Below, in pieces: positions 1 to 16,460 of a stretch of 64,000 nt of DNA. The DNA is from the human T2T-CHM13v2.0 reference genome, Homo sapiens. The DNA is taken from the NCBI RefSeq assembly GCF_009914755.1, contig NC_060932.1; one strand, written 5' to 3'. The notes under the pieces are model-generated. The model saw only the letters and a list, made by a program, of their open reading frames with translations, did no database searches and was not told where the DNA came from. Each line of letters opens with the position of its first letter. Within the stretch, counting starts at the first letter, position 1. Both the position numbers and the translations under genes were made by a program.

Positions 1-115
1 TAACTCTGAGCCTCAGTTTCTTCTGAAAGTAGGGATGATAATTTAGGTCACAGAGTTTCATTAAGGATGAAAGTGATAGCATGAAAGCACCTAAAACAGT
101 TCTGTCACACTAATT
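1..115 (+). mobile_element. MIR SINE fragment
   Basis: Core ctctgagcctcagtttc...gatgataat...aaagcacctaaaacagt. Confidence 0.65.
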
Positions 116-1282
116 TATAAGGTTGCCTAGAACGTTCTGTAAAGAACTCATTTCTCTGGACCAAATTCAAATACTGTCTGAAAGGGAATTTCAAGTTAAA
201 GTTTGGAGAGTAGAGTGGGCAGCAGGAAACCATCGGGAAAGGCTAGAGATGATGTTCCGAGATAGGCTGAAGGAAGGGCCTCTTTCCTCGGAAGGGGTTG
301 GGGGTGGCTTGGGGTATGGAAGTTAGTGCTCATAGTCAGTGTTGTGACCAGAAAGGATTGTTCAGAATCAGGGGAACTGGGCCAATGCAGAGGCCAGTGA
401 ACAATGTGACATTTGGCCAGCTGCATTTGAACTTCCCTGATAGTCACCCTCCCTATGTCTATAACAATGAAAAAGATACCGCACCCTTTAATATGTGATC
501 ATTAATAGTGATGAGGGGGTCATTCTAGAGATAAGAACCAGACAACAAGTAAACATTCACAGTTTTTAATTCAGGAATAACTTTCAGTGTTTTCTTAGAC
601 ATTTTATTTAAATGAAGACTGAGGAAATTCAGCCCTAAAATGTATTTCTCTCTGTGTACGAGTACACAATCATGCTGTTTATTAAACTATCTTGCTTACA
701 TCTTTAAGTATTTTTTATTTACTTTATTAGTAACACTTATTTGAAAAAGTAATTGGGAGAGAAAAATGTGTTGGATTTATGCCTCTGATGTATCACATGC
801 AGGTTGTCAGCTCTGGTTCAAGTGTGTAATCTCTATACATTGCTGACAAGCGAGAGAACGAGAAGGATATAAATGGAGAGTATGTGAATGGATTTTATTT
901 TTTCAAGCCCCTGTGTGAGTTTGCAACTGTGCTGGTAAGGAAAAGTTCTTTCATTGTGCAGTGGAGCCAGTGCCCAGTGAACTGTCCTTGGGAGAATGGA
1001 GAGGATTTCTTTCCATTGTTTCTCTCTCACAGCATCAAGTTTCTGGTAATGGTGGCACTTTCCTTCTTTTGTGTTGTGGCCAGTGTGATATTTAAACCAC
1101 TAAAGCTTTAAGAATTTTATTTTTTTCTGGACTTCCTTTTTTAAAAAAAAAGTCTAATAATACAGCACTCTTTAGTGAAAATCATTATGTTTATTTATCT
1201 TGGGTTAGAGTAATGCAGTCAGTTATGAATAGTTTTAAATTTAATGATCTCTTTTATCCTTTATTTCATCTTCAAATTATCA

Positions 1283-1893
<611 letters not shown>

Positions 1894-2929
1894 CTATATG
1901 GAACAGAAGCCCACATGAAATACTAAATAGGAACTTTAAGTGGAATAAATTCTGGGTGTGCTCAAAGAGTTCTTCTCTTGCAAAATCAGAAATTGAATTT
2001 GACACATGAAGTATAGTTAGGCCATGTTTTGAAAAGCTGCAGCAATACTTCTCAGGAAGTTGGTAAAAAAAATTTTAATTGTTTGAAAATTAAAAGCTTC
2101 AGCAAAAACATCATATGCTCAATTTTCTCTTGGAAGAAATTCTTGTTACTGCTTAAAGCACCTATAAATAATGTAGGTGAAACTGAACATGTTATACTAC
2201 ATGTTTTATAATAGTAATGGAACTGCTCTCAGAATGTAGAATTAAACCGTTTTGGCTTTATAATGTAAAGTGTCATATATGGTCCTGTTACAATCGTAAA
2301 TTTTCCAGTGTTAGAGTTAAATTTAATTAATGATTTTTTTTTTCTGTGCCTGCCCACTGAATAGCTGTGTGGCCATAAGCAATTTTCATAGGCTCTATGC
2401 TCGCTTGCAAAATCAGCTTAGTAATAATATCTGCCCCTCCTATCTAGTGATTTCTTGATTAAAAAAATGAGATAACATTATGTGAAAGTACTTGGGAGGT
2501 AAGAGTGCTATATAAGGGCAAGGTCTTACTGTTCTGTCCTGTTAACTTTTTACTTCTTTCTCTTACCACAAAAACACCTACCACAGGCTGATTTAAATTG
2601 GTGAACTCCTCTAAACCACCTAAACTTGGAATAAATGGCGATAAACTTTCCTTATATTTATTTTCCCAACTCACAGCTTAAACTGGAAGGAAAAAGTGTA
2701 TAAGATTCACATTTACCTTTTGACTTTAGTCATCTTTTTCATAAAGGTTTATTCCTGTCTACCATCCTGCCCCCTCAGAATTTTGCATAAATCTCATATA
2801 ACAGTTCAACAAGTGACTGGTGTAGACTGGGCCTGCTTTGTCACTGAGTCACTTTATTATGAAATACTTAAAGTTGAATATCTGTATATAGCAATGAAGA
2901 AAGAATGTTAAACAGTTTATACTTTCTAA

Positions 2930-3088
2930 GGCCAGGCTTGGTGGCTCACACTTGTAATCCCAACACTTTGGGAGGCCGAGGTGGGAGGATCGCTTGAGCC
3001 CAGGAGGTTGAGACCAGCCTGGGCAACACGGAAAAACCCTGACTCTACAAAAAAATTAAAAAATGAAAGTAAATAAACAATTCAAAAA
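2930..3088 (+). mobile_element. Free left Alu monomer (FLAM_C-like)
   Basis: Single left arm with ggatcgcttgagcccagg, then an A-rich tail. TSD tttatactttct on both sides. Confidence 0.85.
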
Positions 3089-3264
3089 TTTATACTTTCT
3101 GATCTGATGGTTTTCATGACTAACTCATCAGACAGCAATGAAAAGTGAAATTAATAAAAATTCACAAAGCCAGATATAATTAGTTAAAAATAAAGTCTGA
3201 ATAAGCCGTAATCATCTTTACTTCCCTCTTCCCATTTTGTAAGCAGTTGGTATTTGATTGATAA

Positions 3265-3450
3265 GCATGTCCAGCTGGGAAATAAAGATCTGGCTTCTAA
3301 TCCATGTTCTACCAGGCTGTGACCTTGGACAAGTCACGTAACTTCTGTATTTCAGCTTCCTCATTTCTAAAATGGGGTAATAATAGTACTTGGCCTACAT
3401 ACCTCATTGGGCAATTGTAGATAAAACGAGATTGTAGATAGGAATGTTTT
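3265..3450 (+). mobile_element. MIR SINE
   Basis: gctgtgaccttggacaagtcacgtaacttctgtatttcagcttcctcatttctaaaatggggtaataata. Confidence 0.75.
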
Positions 3451-4889
3451 GACTACCCCCCTGCCCCACAAAATTGAAAGGTGGTTATATAGTTACCACA
3501 TACAGTCCTCATCTGACAACCCATATCTGAATGGCCACAAGACTGAAGAGTGAAAGAAACTTCCTGATTCTACCAACAAGAATGGGAAGGGAGTCCCTGT
3601 TAGCTCTTAGAGGAGGAAAGATACATTCCCAGTGCTTAGATCTCTGAATCAAATTCTGGAACACAGTTTCCCACAGAAATGACAGTCAGTGGTTGTGTTT
3701 CTGGCTAGCCAATAAAAAAGGAAAAAAGAGGTTTAACCATAAATAGTTCATTGTGATCCAATTTCTATAAAGCTGTTAACAAAGCCCACTTGTAGTATGA
3801 ATATTAGCTTGGAGTTTGTTTCAAGTATGTTGGAGGCCTTAGCCCAGGTCTGGATAAGATAATGAATCCACCTCTCTTCTAGCTTCCCCACTTATTTAAT
3901 ATTTGCACAGGGCTTACTTAAGCCAGATTTGTAAGTATCATCAGTTCATACTCCAGTCTCCTGGCCCTTTGACTGAAATTCTGAAACCAACATTCTTTCC
4001 CTCAGTGAAAGGGTGAGAAGCCCTTTCAGGTCCCCAATCCCTTTAATAAGCACAGTGACCTTACAAAGTTAGGAAAGGTGGCTATTGTTGACTCTGAGCC
4101 TCAAGAAGGTTAAGGGACTTGCGCAGATCACTTGGTTAGTCTCAAGAGGTGAGACTTGAACCTCAGTGTTTTGACATGTAATTCAAGGCTGTTTTCATGA
4201 CAGTTCTGTTTCAAGATGGATGCTATTCATTGAATTCACTTTGAGTTGTAGTTTTCAGTTGAGAGTAAGAATGTTTTTAGGGAGTCTTGGTTATAAAGTA
4301 TATTTATGATTTTGTACATCTCTTATTGTAAATTTTCCAAAGGTAAAGTTTTGGGAAATTTAGTCAAAACAAAAAGTGACTCCCCACACTGATGTGGCGT
4401 GTGTTAGAGAGGGATTCTATTAGAATTAAGGAACTATTTGAAGCAAAGAATACTGTTATATGTAACGGTTATATTAAAAATAAGAAAAACTTTTGAAGAG
4501 CCAGTATTATTTACTTCTTTAAAACTTTGTGTTATATTTTTGAAGTGGTAGTGGTGTGAATATGAAGGAATTTTAGGAATTTAAAGTAAAATAAAAATGA
4601 AATAAACTTTTTTCTAGTTTTAATGATATGGTTTATGTTTATATTTATTAAAATATTCAGTTCTTACCATAATAATAGCAAGCCTAGCTAACATGTCTCC
4701 AGTGCTTGTTATGAGCCAGGCAGTATTCAGTTATCTCCGGTTGAATAATTGTTTTCTTCTTGCCAGGTTAGCCTACAGATTTGTTCATGATCAATTCTTA
4801 GAAGTAGTGAGGGATAAGTCTCCATGATAGAAGACAGTGATAAGGTCTGTATGTGGCATTACATGGGACATGTAAAAATGTTTCACTGA

Positions 4890-5140
4890 ATAGTGAAAAG
4901 GATACTGCAATTGGAGTCAGAAGACCTAGCCTCCTCCTTGTTCCTCCCTGGCCTAACAGTGTGACACTGGGTTAGTGACTTGTCTTCATAAACCTTCGAT
5001 TTCCTTATCTGTAAAAAGAGAACAGTGATACCTCATAGGGCTGTGGCAAGGATTAAATGAGATAACTTAGGTAAAGTACTTAATTTATGCCTTCAAAAGA
5101 TGAGGCCTCATGTAGCAGGCATTCAGAAAATATTAATTGC
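4890..5140 (+). mobile_element. MIR SINE
   Basis: ttggagtcagaagacct...ttccttatctgtaaaa...ataccctcatagggctgtgg...attaaatgagataa. Confidence 0.75.
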
Positions 5141-6103
5141 CTCTTTTCATCTTCATGCACAAGGTAGTTGTGAAATTAAATTGGAAAACAATATGAAAGC
5201 TGGTTTAAAAACATTTAAATGTCGTTCTAATATAAGATGGTATTTTCCAATGAGTGGTGCCTTCTTCAGCACTTTCAGAGTAAAATATATGGGAGAATTA
5301 AGGAAACTGGATTATAACTAGAAAATCTGGATTTTACTGGGTGGCCATCACATCTGGAAACAGTGGTTTAATGATATTATCTTACAGTGCAACATGTAAT
5401 AGTATTATCTATTTGCAGACTTGGCCACACTGTAGTCTCAGTTCCATCACCTATTGTTTGGCTTGGAGAAGTAATTTAATCTCTCTAATCACTGAGAATC
5501 AAAATTATATACATTATCTTCAGAAGTATTCTATATGTTAGGAAGCATCTAAGTGTGGTTTTTATTTTGTTTATTGTTCTAATTTTTCTATAATACAGCA
5601 GTTTTTTGATTAGGCTTGTGATGGATAGAATTCATTTTCACTTAGTCAGAAAATCTTTCTAAATAGAGGAGAATTAGAAGGCAAAAGGCAATTTGATAGG
5701 TGTGCTAGTGGGAAGTAACTTCAAATCTCAGGGAGCCATATTAATTATAGAGAAAGCAGTGCCAGAGAATTTGATAGGCTGCTAGATGGGAGTGAACAGA
5801 GCAGGTAAAGGATAAAGAGCATTAATAAACTGATGGAGTATTAATAATTTCATAATCTTTATTGTGTTGGGTGAGATGTGATAACAGGGAAAAGATTCAG
5901 CCTCATATCCTTGGATTGCCCTCATTCTGGGCTGTGGACATGTGGTATAGTGTAAAGACAAGGGATTTGAAATCAGACTTACTATTTATTAGAAAAGTCA
6001 TGGCACTTTGGAAATTAATTAATTCATGGATTTGAAAAAATGTTACGATCTCAAAATAGATGTTTTTGCTTATCTTTTCAGTTACTGTAGTCATACTAAA
6101 TAG

Positions 6104-6412
<309 letters not shown>

Positions 6413-6726
6413 TAAATAGATTTTTTAAAATGGATGCTTAGCAAGAACAGAAGGAAGAAAACAATTCACATTTTCCTGTCTTTCTGGTGAATTAGTTCTT
6501 TGATTCTTAAGATCCTCTAGTTGTGGAGGGTATGACCAGAGGACCCAGGGAAGACACTTCTGCTACCATCTAGTTGGGGTACTCCCCAGTGGTCCCAGCT
6601 ATGGAAGACTGGTCTTCCTGGTTTAGAGTGCCTCAATAAGAAAGGACTTCCATGAGACTTAGCACTATTCCATCTCCATTCTCCTCCGAAGTCTTTTACG
6701 TTCCTCAGGATAGATAACTCAAAGTT

Positions 6727-6858
6727 GGCCAGGCCTGGTGGCATGCACCTGTAGTCCTAGCTACTCATGAGGCCAAGGCAGGAGTATAAGGATGCAGGGA
6801 GTTATAAAGGTGCCACTGCACTCCAGCCTGGGTGACAGAGTAAGATGTCTCATAAAAA
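6727..6858 (+). mobile_element. Old Alu right-arm monomer (FRAM/AluJ-like)
   Basis: ggccaggcctggtggcatgcacctgtagtcctagctact...ccactgcactccagcctgggtgacagag. Confidence 0.8.
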
Positions 6859-7229
6859 GAGCACCACGTATGTGGATTCCTCCTCCACTGTCTCCCACCT
6901 CATCTCCCCTCCACATGTACTCTCACACAAAGACTGGAGCAAGGCAGACTTCTTTCACTTTCACTGTGCCTTTAGTAGCTAACTGTTTCGATTCTAGTGC
7001 AAGATGGCTCTTTACCACCAGATAAGCTTTGGTATGACCAACCACTACTGAGTTGTGTAGTAAAGCGAGGTTTATCTAAATATGTAGAAGAAAGTTGAGA
7101 TTCTCATTAGTTAGAAATTTGATTGCTCGAAATCTTGAATTTGATGTAAAACAGAATAAGCAGTTAGGGAAGGGAACATAATATAGGCTTTGTGTATTGA
7201 GAGTTGCATTAAAAGAATTGCAAAGTCAA

Positions 7230-7516
<287 letters not shown>

Positions 7517-8256
7517 CTATGGAAGAAATTATGCTAAAGGGATGGGAATAGTTTAGGCTAGACTTGGGGGGAAAAATCAGTGGAATTCTTTTTTTTTTTC
7601 TTGTAAGATTTTTTTTTTTTATTTTAGGAAACATGTTTTCTACATTAGAAATGCAAGCATTGGGGGAAGTTTTCTCAGTTCCACATGCTGTGATGTCTTT
7701 GAGGAGGTGAGGACAGGAAAGGGTAGACAGAACTTTAATCCTTGATAGGAAAATATATGTTGAGTGCCATCTGGGAAACTTCTCTCTGACTCATTTTGTC
7801 AATGTTGGAACCAAGCTGAAAGTCAGTTTGGTTGTTCAAAGGTCTCCTTAATCATACAGTTCGGGTATTTCATTTGATAAACATTACCTGGCTTATCATT
7901 TCAAAACCTGTTGGAAGAATTTTTGAAATCACTAATCGATGGGTTTAATTTCTATGAAAGATTTTATTTTTTTTTGTGGACTACTTATGAGTTTAAGCTG
8001 CCTCTTCCTAAGAGCATAATGTCTATATCACAAGCTCATGAAGATTGTAGTGAATGGCAGCGAAACACTGTTCTTTGTATAAATGCTGAGATGTGCTTAA
8101 ATAGATTCCATTGACAAGCTCTTGGAAGTTTCTGTGTTATAAGCTGCATTTAGAAGGAGTGAGAAAGGAAACACTGGGAGGAGGATGGAAGAAAAGGAAG
8201 AAGACTGTCTAGAGTCTTTTCTGCCAGTTGCCCTTTCTCAAAGACAAATGGACATT

Positions 8257-8621
8257 TGTCTTGGTTCATTTGGCCTACTGTAATGGAATACCATAAACCA
8301 GTAGCTTATGAACAACAGACATGTATTTCTCACAGTTCTGGAGTCTGGGAAATCTATGATGAAGGTGCTGGCATGTTCAGCATCTGGTGAGGGCCTAGTT
8401 TCTGGTTCTTAGTGGCACCTTCTGGCTATATCCTCACAAGATGGAATGAGCAAACAAGCTCTCTGGGGCCTCTTTTATGATGGCACAAGTCCCATTAATG
8501 AGGGCTTTGCCCTCGTGCTCTAATCTCTTCCCAGAGGCCTCACCTCCTAATACCATCACCTTAAGGGTTAGGATTTCATCATATGAATTTGGAGGGCACA
8601 CAGGCTTTCAGACTATAGGTA
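8257..8621 (-). mobile_element. MaLR LTR (MLT1A-like)
   Basis: atttctcacagttctggagtctgggaa...cctcctaataccatcacctt...ggatttcatcatatgaatttgg, typical of MLT1 in reverse. Confidence 0.85.
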
Positions 8622-8899
8622 TAGTTTGGTGCTTTTCAACGCTTGTTCTTTTTGTTACTTTGGCCTGCCTGTCTGACAAACAGAAGATATGTGGTAATAA
8701 GAATGAAGCCTATTTGTAGTGCCTAGTATGTCTAACACTGTTTGAGGTGCTTTATACACATTACCATGTATTCTCAACCAGGGTATAGTAGATAATAACA
8801 GCATTTTTGTGTAGATGAGGAAGCTAGGGCTTGCAGTTATGTGACTCACCCAGGGTTACACACCTAGTAACAAATCCAGAGAATATTGTTCAGTTGTTC

Positions 8900-11190
<2,291 letters not shown>

Positions 11191-11657
11191 GTCTAGGGTT
11201 AGTAGTATGTCATGGACTTAGCGATATAACAGACCTGCTAATGCAGTCAGTCCTAGCTCCAATACTGAGCTCTTCAACCCCTTGTAATTAGACCGCTCCT
11301 CAGCTTCAGTTCCTAATCAATAGCATAGGATGTATTCATTCTTACCTATAATGTTATTTGTTTGGGGGAGGGTTAAATAAAATAAACAGTATGAAGTGCT
11401 TACCTCAGTACCTTGCCAATAATAAATAGTTGAGAGCAGCTGCTGCTACTAATACTGCTGCTAATTCTGATCAGATTACAGCATTTAAATTGCTTCTGAC
11501 TTGTTCATCTCTTCTACCAGATTTTGTCTGGCTACATCTTAAACTTGCTATAATAATAATAATAATAACAACAATGTGACCATAAGAATACCGGTAATAA
11601 TAATAGCAGCTGTGATCATTTGAGTGCTTACCAAGTACTAGAGAGTATTCTCTAAGT

Positions 11658-11852
11658 CAGCACTTCCCAGTGCCTCTTCCTGCAGTGATGGAAACGTTCT
11701 ATATCTGCTCTGTCCAGAGTGGTGTGGTAGTCACTAGCCACATGCAGAGAGAGCTCTTGAGCACTTGGCAGTGTGACCGAGGAACTCAGTGTTTAATTTT
11801 ATTTAATTTTAATTAATTTAGATTTTAATGACCATGTTGGCTACTGTATTTT
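11658..11852. mobile_element. MER3-like hAT-Charlie DNA transposon, nested in a MIR
   Basis: gatggaaacgttctatatctgctctgtcca...tagccacatg...gaggaactcagtgtttaattttatttaattttaattaattta. Confidence 0.8.
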
Positions 11853-12759
11853 AAAACTCTAAATTCTTTACCTACATTAATTCATTTAATACTCAAAGGT
11901 TAAGTAGATTATAGATGAAGAAATTGATTGTCTGAGTGGTGAAGAAACTTGCCCAAGATTACACAGCTAATACAAGGCAGAACTGGGATTTAAAGGTTAA
12001 AGACCTAGATAATCTGGTTCCAGGGTCTGTTGCCAGCCACCCTCTGTGCTGCACCTCCCTCGTGTCATTCTCAAGAATTAAAGTCTTACAGGCAAAGGAC
12101 TGAGGTGGCATATCTGTATTCTTGCTGCAGGGAAAGCTGAGAGAATTTCTGGTTCTTACTGCAGTGCAATATCACTCCTAAAGTGAGAAATTCCCAGATT
12201 TAGGATAAATGTTCAAACAGTTCTAGACAGGTAAGCTTGGCTACTCAACCTCTGTGTACACTTTTTTCCAAGACTTAAATTTACAAATATAGTGGCAGCA
12301 ACAACAAAATGTTTCCTCCTAAGGTGTTGCAGCTATTTTTCTAAAAGCGAAAAATATGCTCTCCCCCTCCCCAAAAGGGGGAATGATACATCTTACCAGG
12401 TACCGTTTCCAGCTTGAAGTCCAAGATATCTGAGCTGAGCTTATTCCTTTTGTTAAGGTTGCCTTATGTCGCTCTACAACTAGTGAGCCAGCAACTTATT
12501 TTTATAAAACATTAGGAGAAAAAGAGAAGGGGAAATTGGTTAAAAACATAAATATGTTTATGTCAGACCAAAAAATAAATATGAATAGATACTTTAGTCT
12601 TAGCTTTTGCTATTGGTTCTGAATCCAAAGTTGGTATTTTTAATTCCCTTCCTCCACTACTCATTCCATGTTCTTTTTGCCCTCAGCCAGCTCTCAGCTA
12701 ATTGTAGATTTTTATCTGTAGATTTTTATCTGACTGACGTTTATCTGACAACACTTTAG

Positions 12760-13560
12760 ACTGTCATTCACAGGGGTGAGGAAGGAGGCTTTGAGTTGTT
12801 GGTGGTCCTGCCTATATGGAGTTATTTCTATCTTCCATTATCTTTCACCGCTAGATGTGGTCAAACCAACAGGTGTTCCAGGTTCCAGACACACACCTCC
12901 CTTCTCTCATCCTGTTGCAACAATCTTCTTTACCCTTGATAATCAAGATTCATTAACACAACCAATTCTGTCACCTCCCTTTTTGTCCCTGTTCTGTGTC
13001 ATGAGGAGTTCAGAATTGCTAGGTTGCAGTTTAAGCTTCCAAATCAGTGGAGGTATTGTTGAGTCCCTTGGTGAAATCATTCTTCACTTGGGTGCTGAGA
13101 CTGTTAAACCAGCAGAACCAGAGTCGCAGTGATGGGGGAATTGCAAGTTGGTCATTAGGTGTGATGAGGGGGAGGAGAAGATGTGTAACTAATTCTGCTT
13201 CTGTCCCTTGGTTACTGGGCCCTGTATTATGGCTGTGGGAGAAACAATGTTTTGTATTATTCACTGGTTCTGAGCATCTTGGGAGACACCACCCTATCTA
13301 ATTTTATTTGGAACTGAATCTTCAGAAGATGATTTCAGCATTCTGAAAGATGATCTTCTAGATGATAGGGTATGTGGTAAGAAGAGCAATCCATTAGCAT
13401 CATACCATCATTGTACTCTTTCACTGTTAAATCTTGAGTGAGATACCATGGTGATGAATGAGGCATTCAGTCATTCTGTGGATGGCAGAGGTATGGTGGA
13501 CAGGAAAGGCAGTTTCATATTCAGAATATGTGTCTTTTCATATGAAGACTGACAAGTGAC
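12760..13560 (-). mobile_element. ERVL-class endogenous retrovirus internal remnant (integrase region)
   Basis: Minus-strand translation of 13534-13442 gives DTYSEYETAFPVHHTSAIHRMTECLIHHHGI, matching the ERVL integrase motif DTYSGYGFAFP...LTECLIHRHGIP. Confidence 0.8.
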
Positions 13561-13684
13561 CACTGAAAGTTAGGATGTATGTCTGAAATCATGTATGTTT
13601 TCATAAAATTAAATCTATTCTGTGTTGTTACTTGGAGGCACAAGCAAAGTAAAACATTTAAGGTGAACGGGGGTTTGAGTAAGT

Positions 13685-13850
13685 TGAAACTGGCTGACAC
13701 TGACTCACTATGACCTTGGGCAAGATGCTGAACTACTGCGAGCTGCCTATTCCTCATATCTGTGAAATTGGGATAATGATATTTTTGTGTATATAAGGCT
13801 TTGAACCACTCAGACGAAAGGTGCTGTGTAAGTGCAAAGTGTTGTTAACA
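13685..13850 (+). mobile_element. MIR SINE
   Basis: actatgaccttgggcaagatgctgaac...ttcctcatatctgtgaaattgggataatgat. Confidence 0.7.
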
Positions 13851-13959
13851 ACAATACTGATAATCCTCATTTCACCTTGCCCTCAGTATGACCTGTGTTT
13901 AAATTGAGCACTGTTAAAAAGATTGCCTGTGAAATGGTATCCTGTATAGTTATGTTGCT

Positions 13960-14185
13960 GTATGTTCTCCCAGCACTTGATATATTTCCTTCCCAACACT
14001 TTTTATAGTTTGCAATAATCTGCTTGATTATTTGAATATTTGTTTCCCCCACTAGATCCAAAAACCTCTGAGCACAATGGGGACCACTTTTGTCTGTTTG
14101 TTATAATATCTCCAAGGCCTAGCATGGTTCCCACATGTGGTAGATGTTCAGTAAATATTTACTGAATGAATAAATGAATAAATAA
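13960..14185 (+). mobile_element. L2 3' end
   Basis: cctagcatggttcccacatgtggtagatgttcagtaaatatttactgaatgaataaatgaat. Confidence 0.75.
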
Positions 14186-16019
14186 ATAATGCATGTTTCT
14201 GTGAATTTCTGCCAAAACAACACAAAAAGCCAGAGATGTAAAATCAGTTTCGTTTCTTTTCCACCAGTACGGGAATTCTAATGCTGTATTCTGTGTAAAT
14301 AAATCATTCCGGTTGGTCATCGTATTATAGTGGGCATGGTGCCATGGGAAATTTATTGGAGTAATTTTTAACAGCCTAAATGTTTAGTAACAGATGCACA
14401 TAGATGGCAGGTTGCCTCATTCAGCTTCCATCTGTTAGACAACTGTCTATTCTAATAAGACTGGTCTATTCAAACTAGACAAATAACATTCTTACCCATG
14501 TTTAAGCTTATTCATTTTCACAATTTTTCCGAAAGGCTCGAAGGAGGAAAGGTGTTTCCATGTTTGGTTGGCTGCTACTTAATAGTAGTGTATTACAACA
14601 CCTTGGCAAACCGTGAAGTCCACTTGATGTGTCGTAATGCTCAAGAAGGAAGTATTCTCTCTTAAGTGTTTTGTCAAAAGTCAAAACCATGCTAAATAAT
14701 GGCACTAGGAAACACACTCAGCTACAGATAATTTGGTCCAATAGAGTTCAGTGTAGGTTGTGCAACTGGCAACAGAAACTGGCATGAGATGAAGGGGTAT
14801 AATCCATGCTGGTCATCATTAGTATGTGTGATTTTTAAATAGGACAGAGGCAATATACTAAACTCTAGAAAATATAGTGTGTCCATATGTACATGCAGTT
14901 AGGTTATACCCAGTGAAAGCATGATGATTCTCAGCTTGGGCATGCCTTTTAAGAACAACTTTACCAAGTTTTTTTTTGCTATATAAAGGTGGAGACAGTG
15001 TTGGCCTATATAAATTTACCCTGTGCATGACGAATTGGGTTGGTGGTGTGTCATTAAGTGTGGGCCAACTTCCTTAAATGTCTTGGTGCTTAGCATAATG
15101 CCTGGCACCCAACTGGGACTCAGTAATTATTTGTTGAATGAATGTTCTAGGATCAGTTGAGGCAATTCCCTCTGGATTTCTAGCATGAAAGCAGTCCCAT
15201 AACCTTAGATCACTATGAATTAAAACTTGGAATAAAAAGTTGGCATACTTAGAGTACTAGTACTAAGCAGAACACAAAGCAAACTGCTTATCACTAGTAT
15301 GTGTCTGTGATAAACTTCTGAAGGCTGTGTCATTTCCTAAATGTAAATCACTGGGTATGTGTTATTTTGGGAGGCAGACATCTAACAATGGCTGTTTTGG
15401 AGAAAGTCAATCTATCTGGGTCTTGGTTCAGTTACAGGAATGACTAATTTTATACTAGATTCTCACATGATTCAAAAAGTGTGTGAATGACTCAGCTCAT
15501 TAATATCCTTAGCTCCTGTGATCTCCCCTCCCAGTGAAACGATGGTTATAAGGCAATAATGATAATTGGAAGAGGAGGAGACTTTGACTTTGCCCCGTGG
15601 CAATAAAATGACACGCTTTAAGTAATTACATGTGCATACAATATTGTTTGAAAGAAATGAGTTATATTATCATCATATAAATACATTTAATATTTGTGTT
15701 AAAATATGGTGAAAATAATATGTAGTTTCAGCGTGGATGAGGACTGAGTTCTGCTTTTTGTTTCTACCATTATCTTTTTTCCTGAAACAACAAGCCTCTA
15801 TATGGACAGAGCCATTTGGAGCCCTAACTTAGTTCCTAACAGTCAACTCATTGATTACCTTCTCCTTGCTGACATAGAGAAATGTTGCAGTCACAGGGGT
15901 GTTGGGTTCTAATTACATGTAGCTAAGTATTCACAAGTGATTTTGAGCTAAAATGAGCAATTCGTTGAAGAGTCTGTGGAATTTCTGGGGATTTGCGTGT
16001 TTCTTCCTGTTACTGTTTC

Positions 16020-16460
16020 TTTCTTTTTGCAGCAATTTATTAAACAAAGACCTGGATATTTGGAGTCAGCCTTTGCGCATATGTCTGCTCTTGCTAGAGT
16101 CTCTAGTGACTCAAAAATCTAATGCACACTTTTCACTTCTTATTTAGTTTCACTTCTCTGCAGCATTTGACAGATCTCGAAATTCCTTCCTAAACTTTGT
16201 GGATATTTTCTTTTGGTTGTTTCTTAACTCTTACACTTTTTCTTTTTAAACTCTTCTAGCCGCCCTTAAAATGTGATATCCTCCAGAGTTTGGTCTTGGT
16301 CCTTTTTTTTGTTTCTATTTATCCAGTCTCCTTGGTGATCCCATTCATTTCCATGGTTTCCATTAAAATCCATACACTGGTTGCTCCAAGTGGGTGTCTT
16401 TATGTCAGTCTTGATGAGCTATAGACCTGTGTATTCAGCAACACTGGAGATATGTATAGA
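16020..16460 (+). mobile_element. L2 fragment
   Basis: ctctgcagcatttgaca...ttggtgatcccattcatttccatggtttccatt. Confidence 0.55.

Noticed and set aside
4750-4772. Recursive splice site ttttcttcttgccAG|GTTAGC (also 49260|49261)
   Set aside because: The donor halves are weak and such juxtapositions are expected by chance in 64 kb.
12776-13301. Overlapping 77-118 aa ORFs suggesting a small gene
   Set aside because: They lie in the decayed ERVL internal remnant and resemble no protein I recognise.
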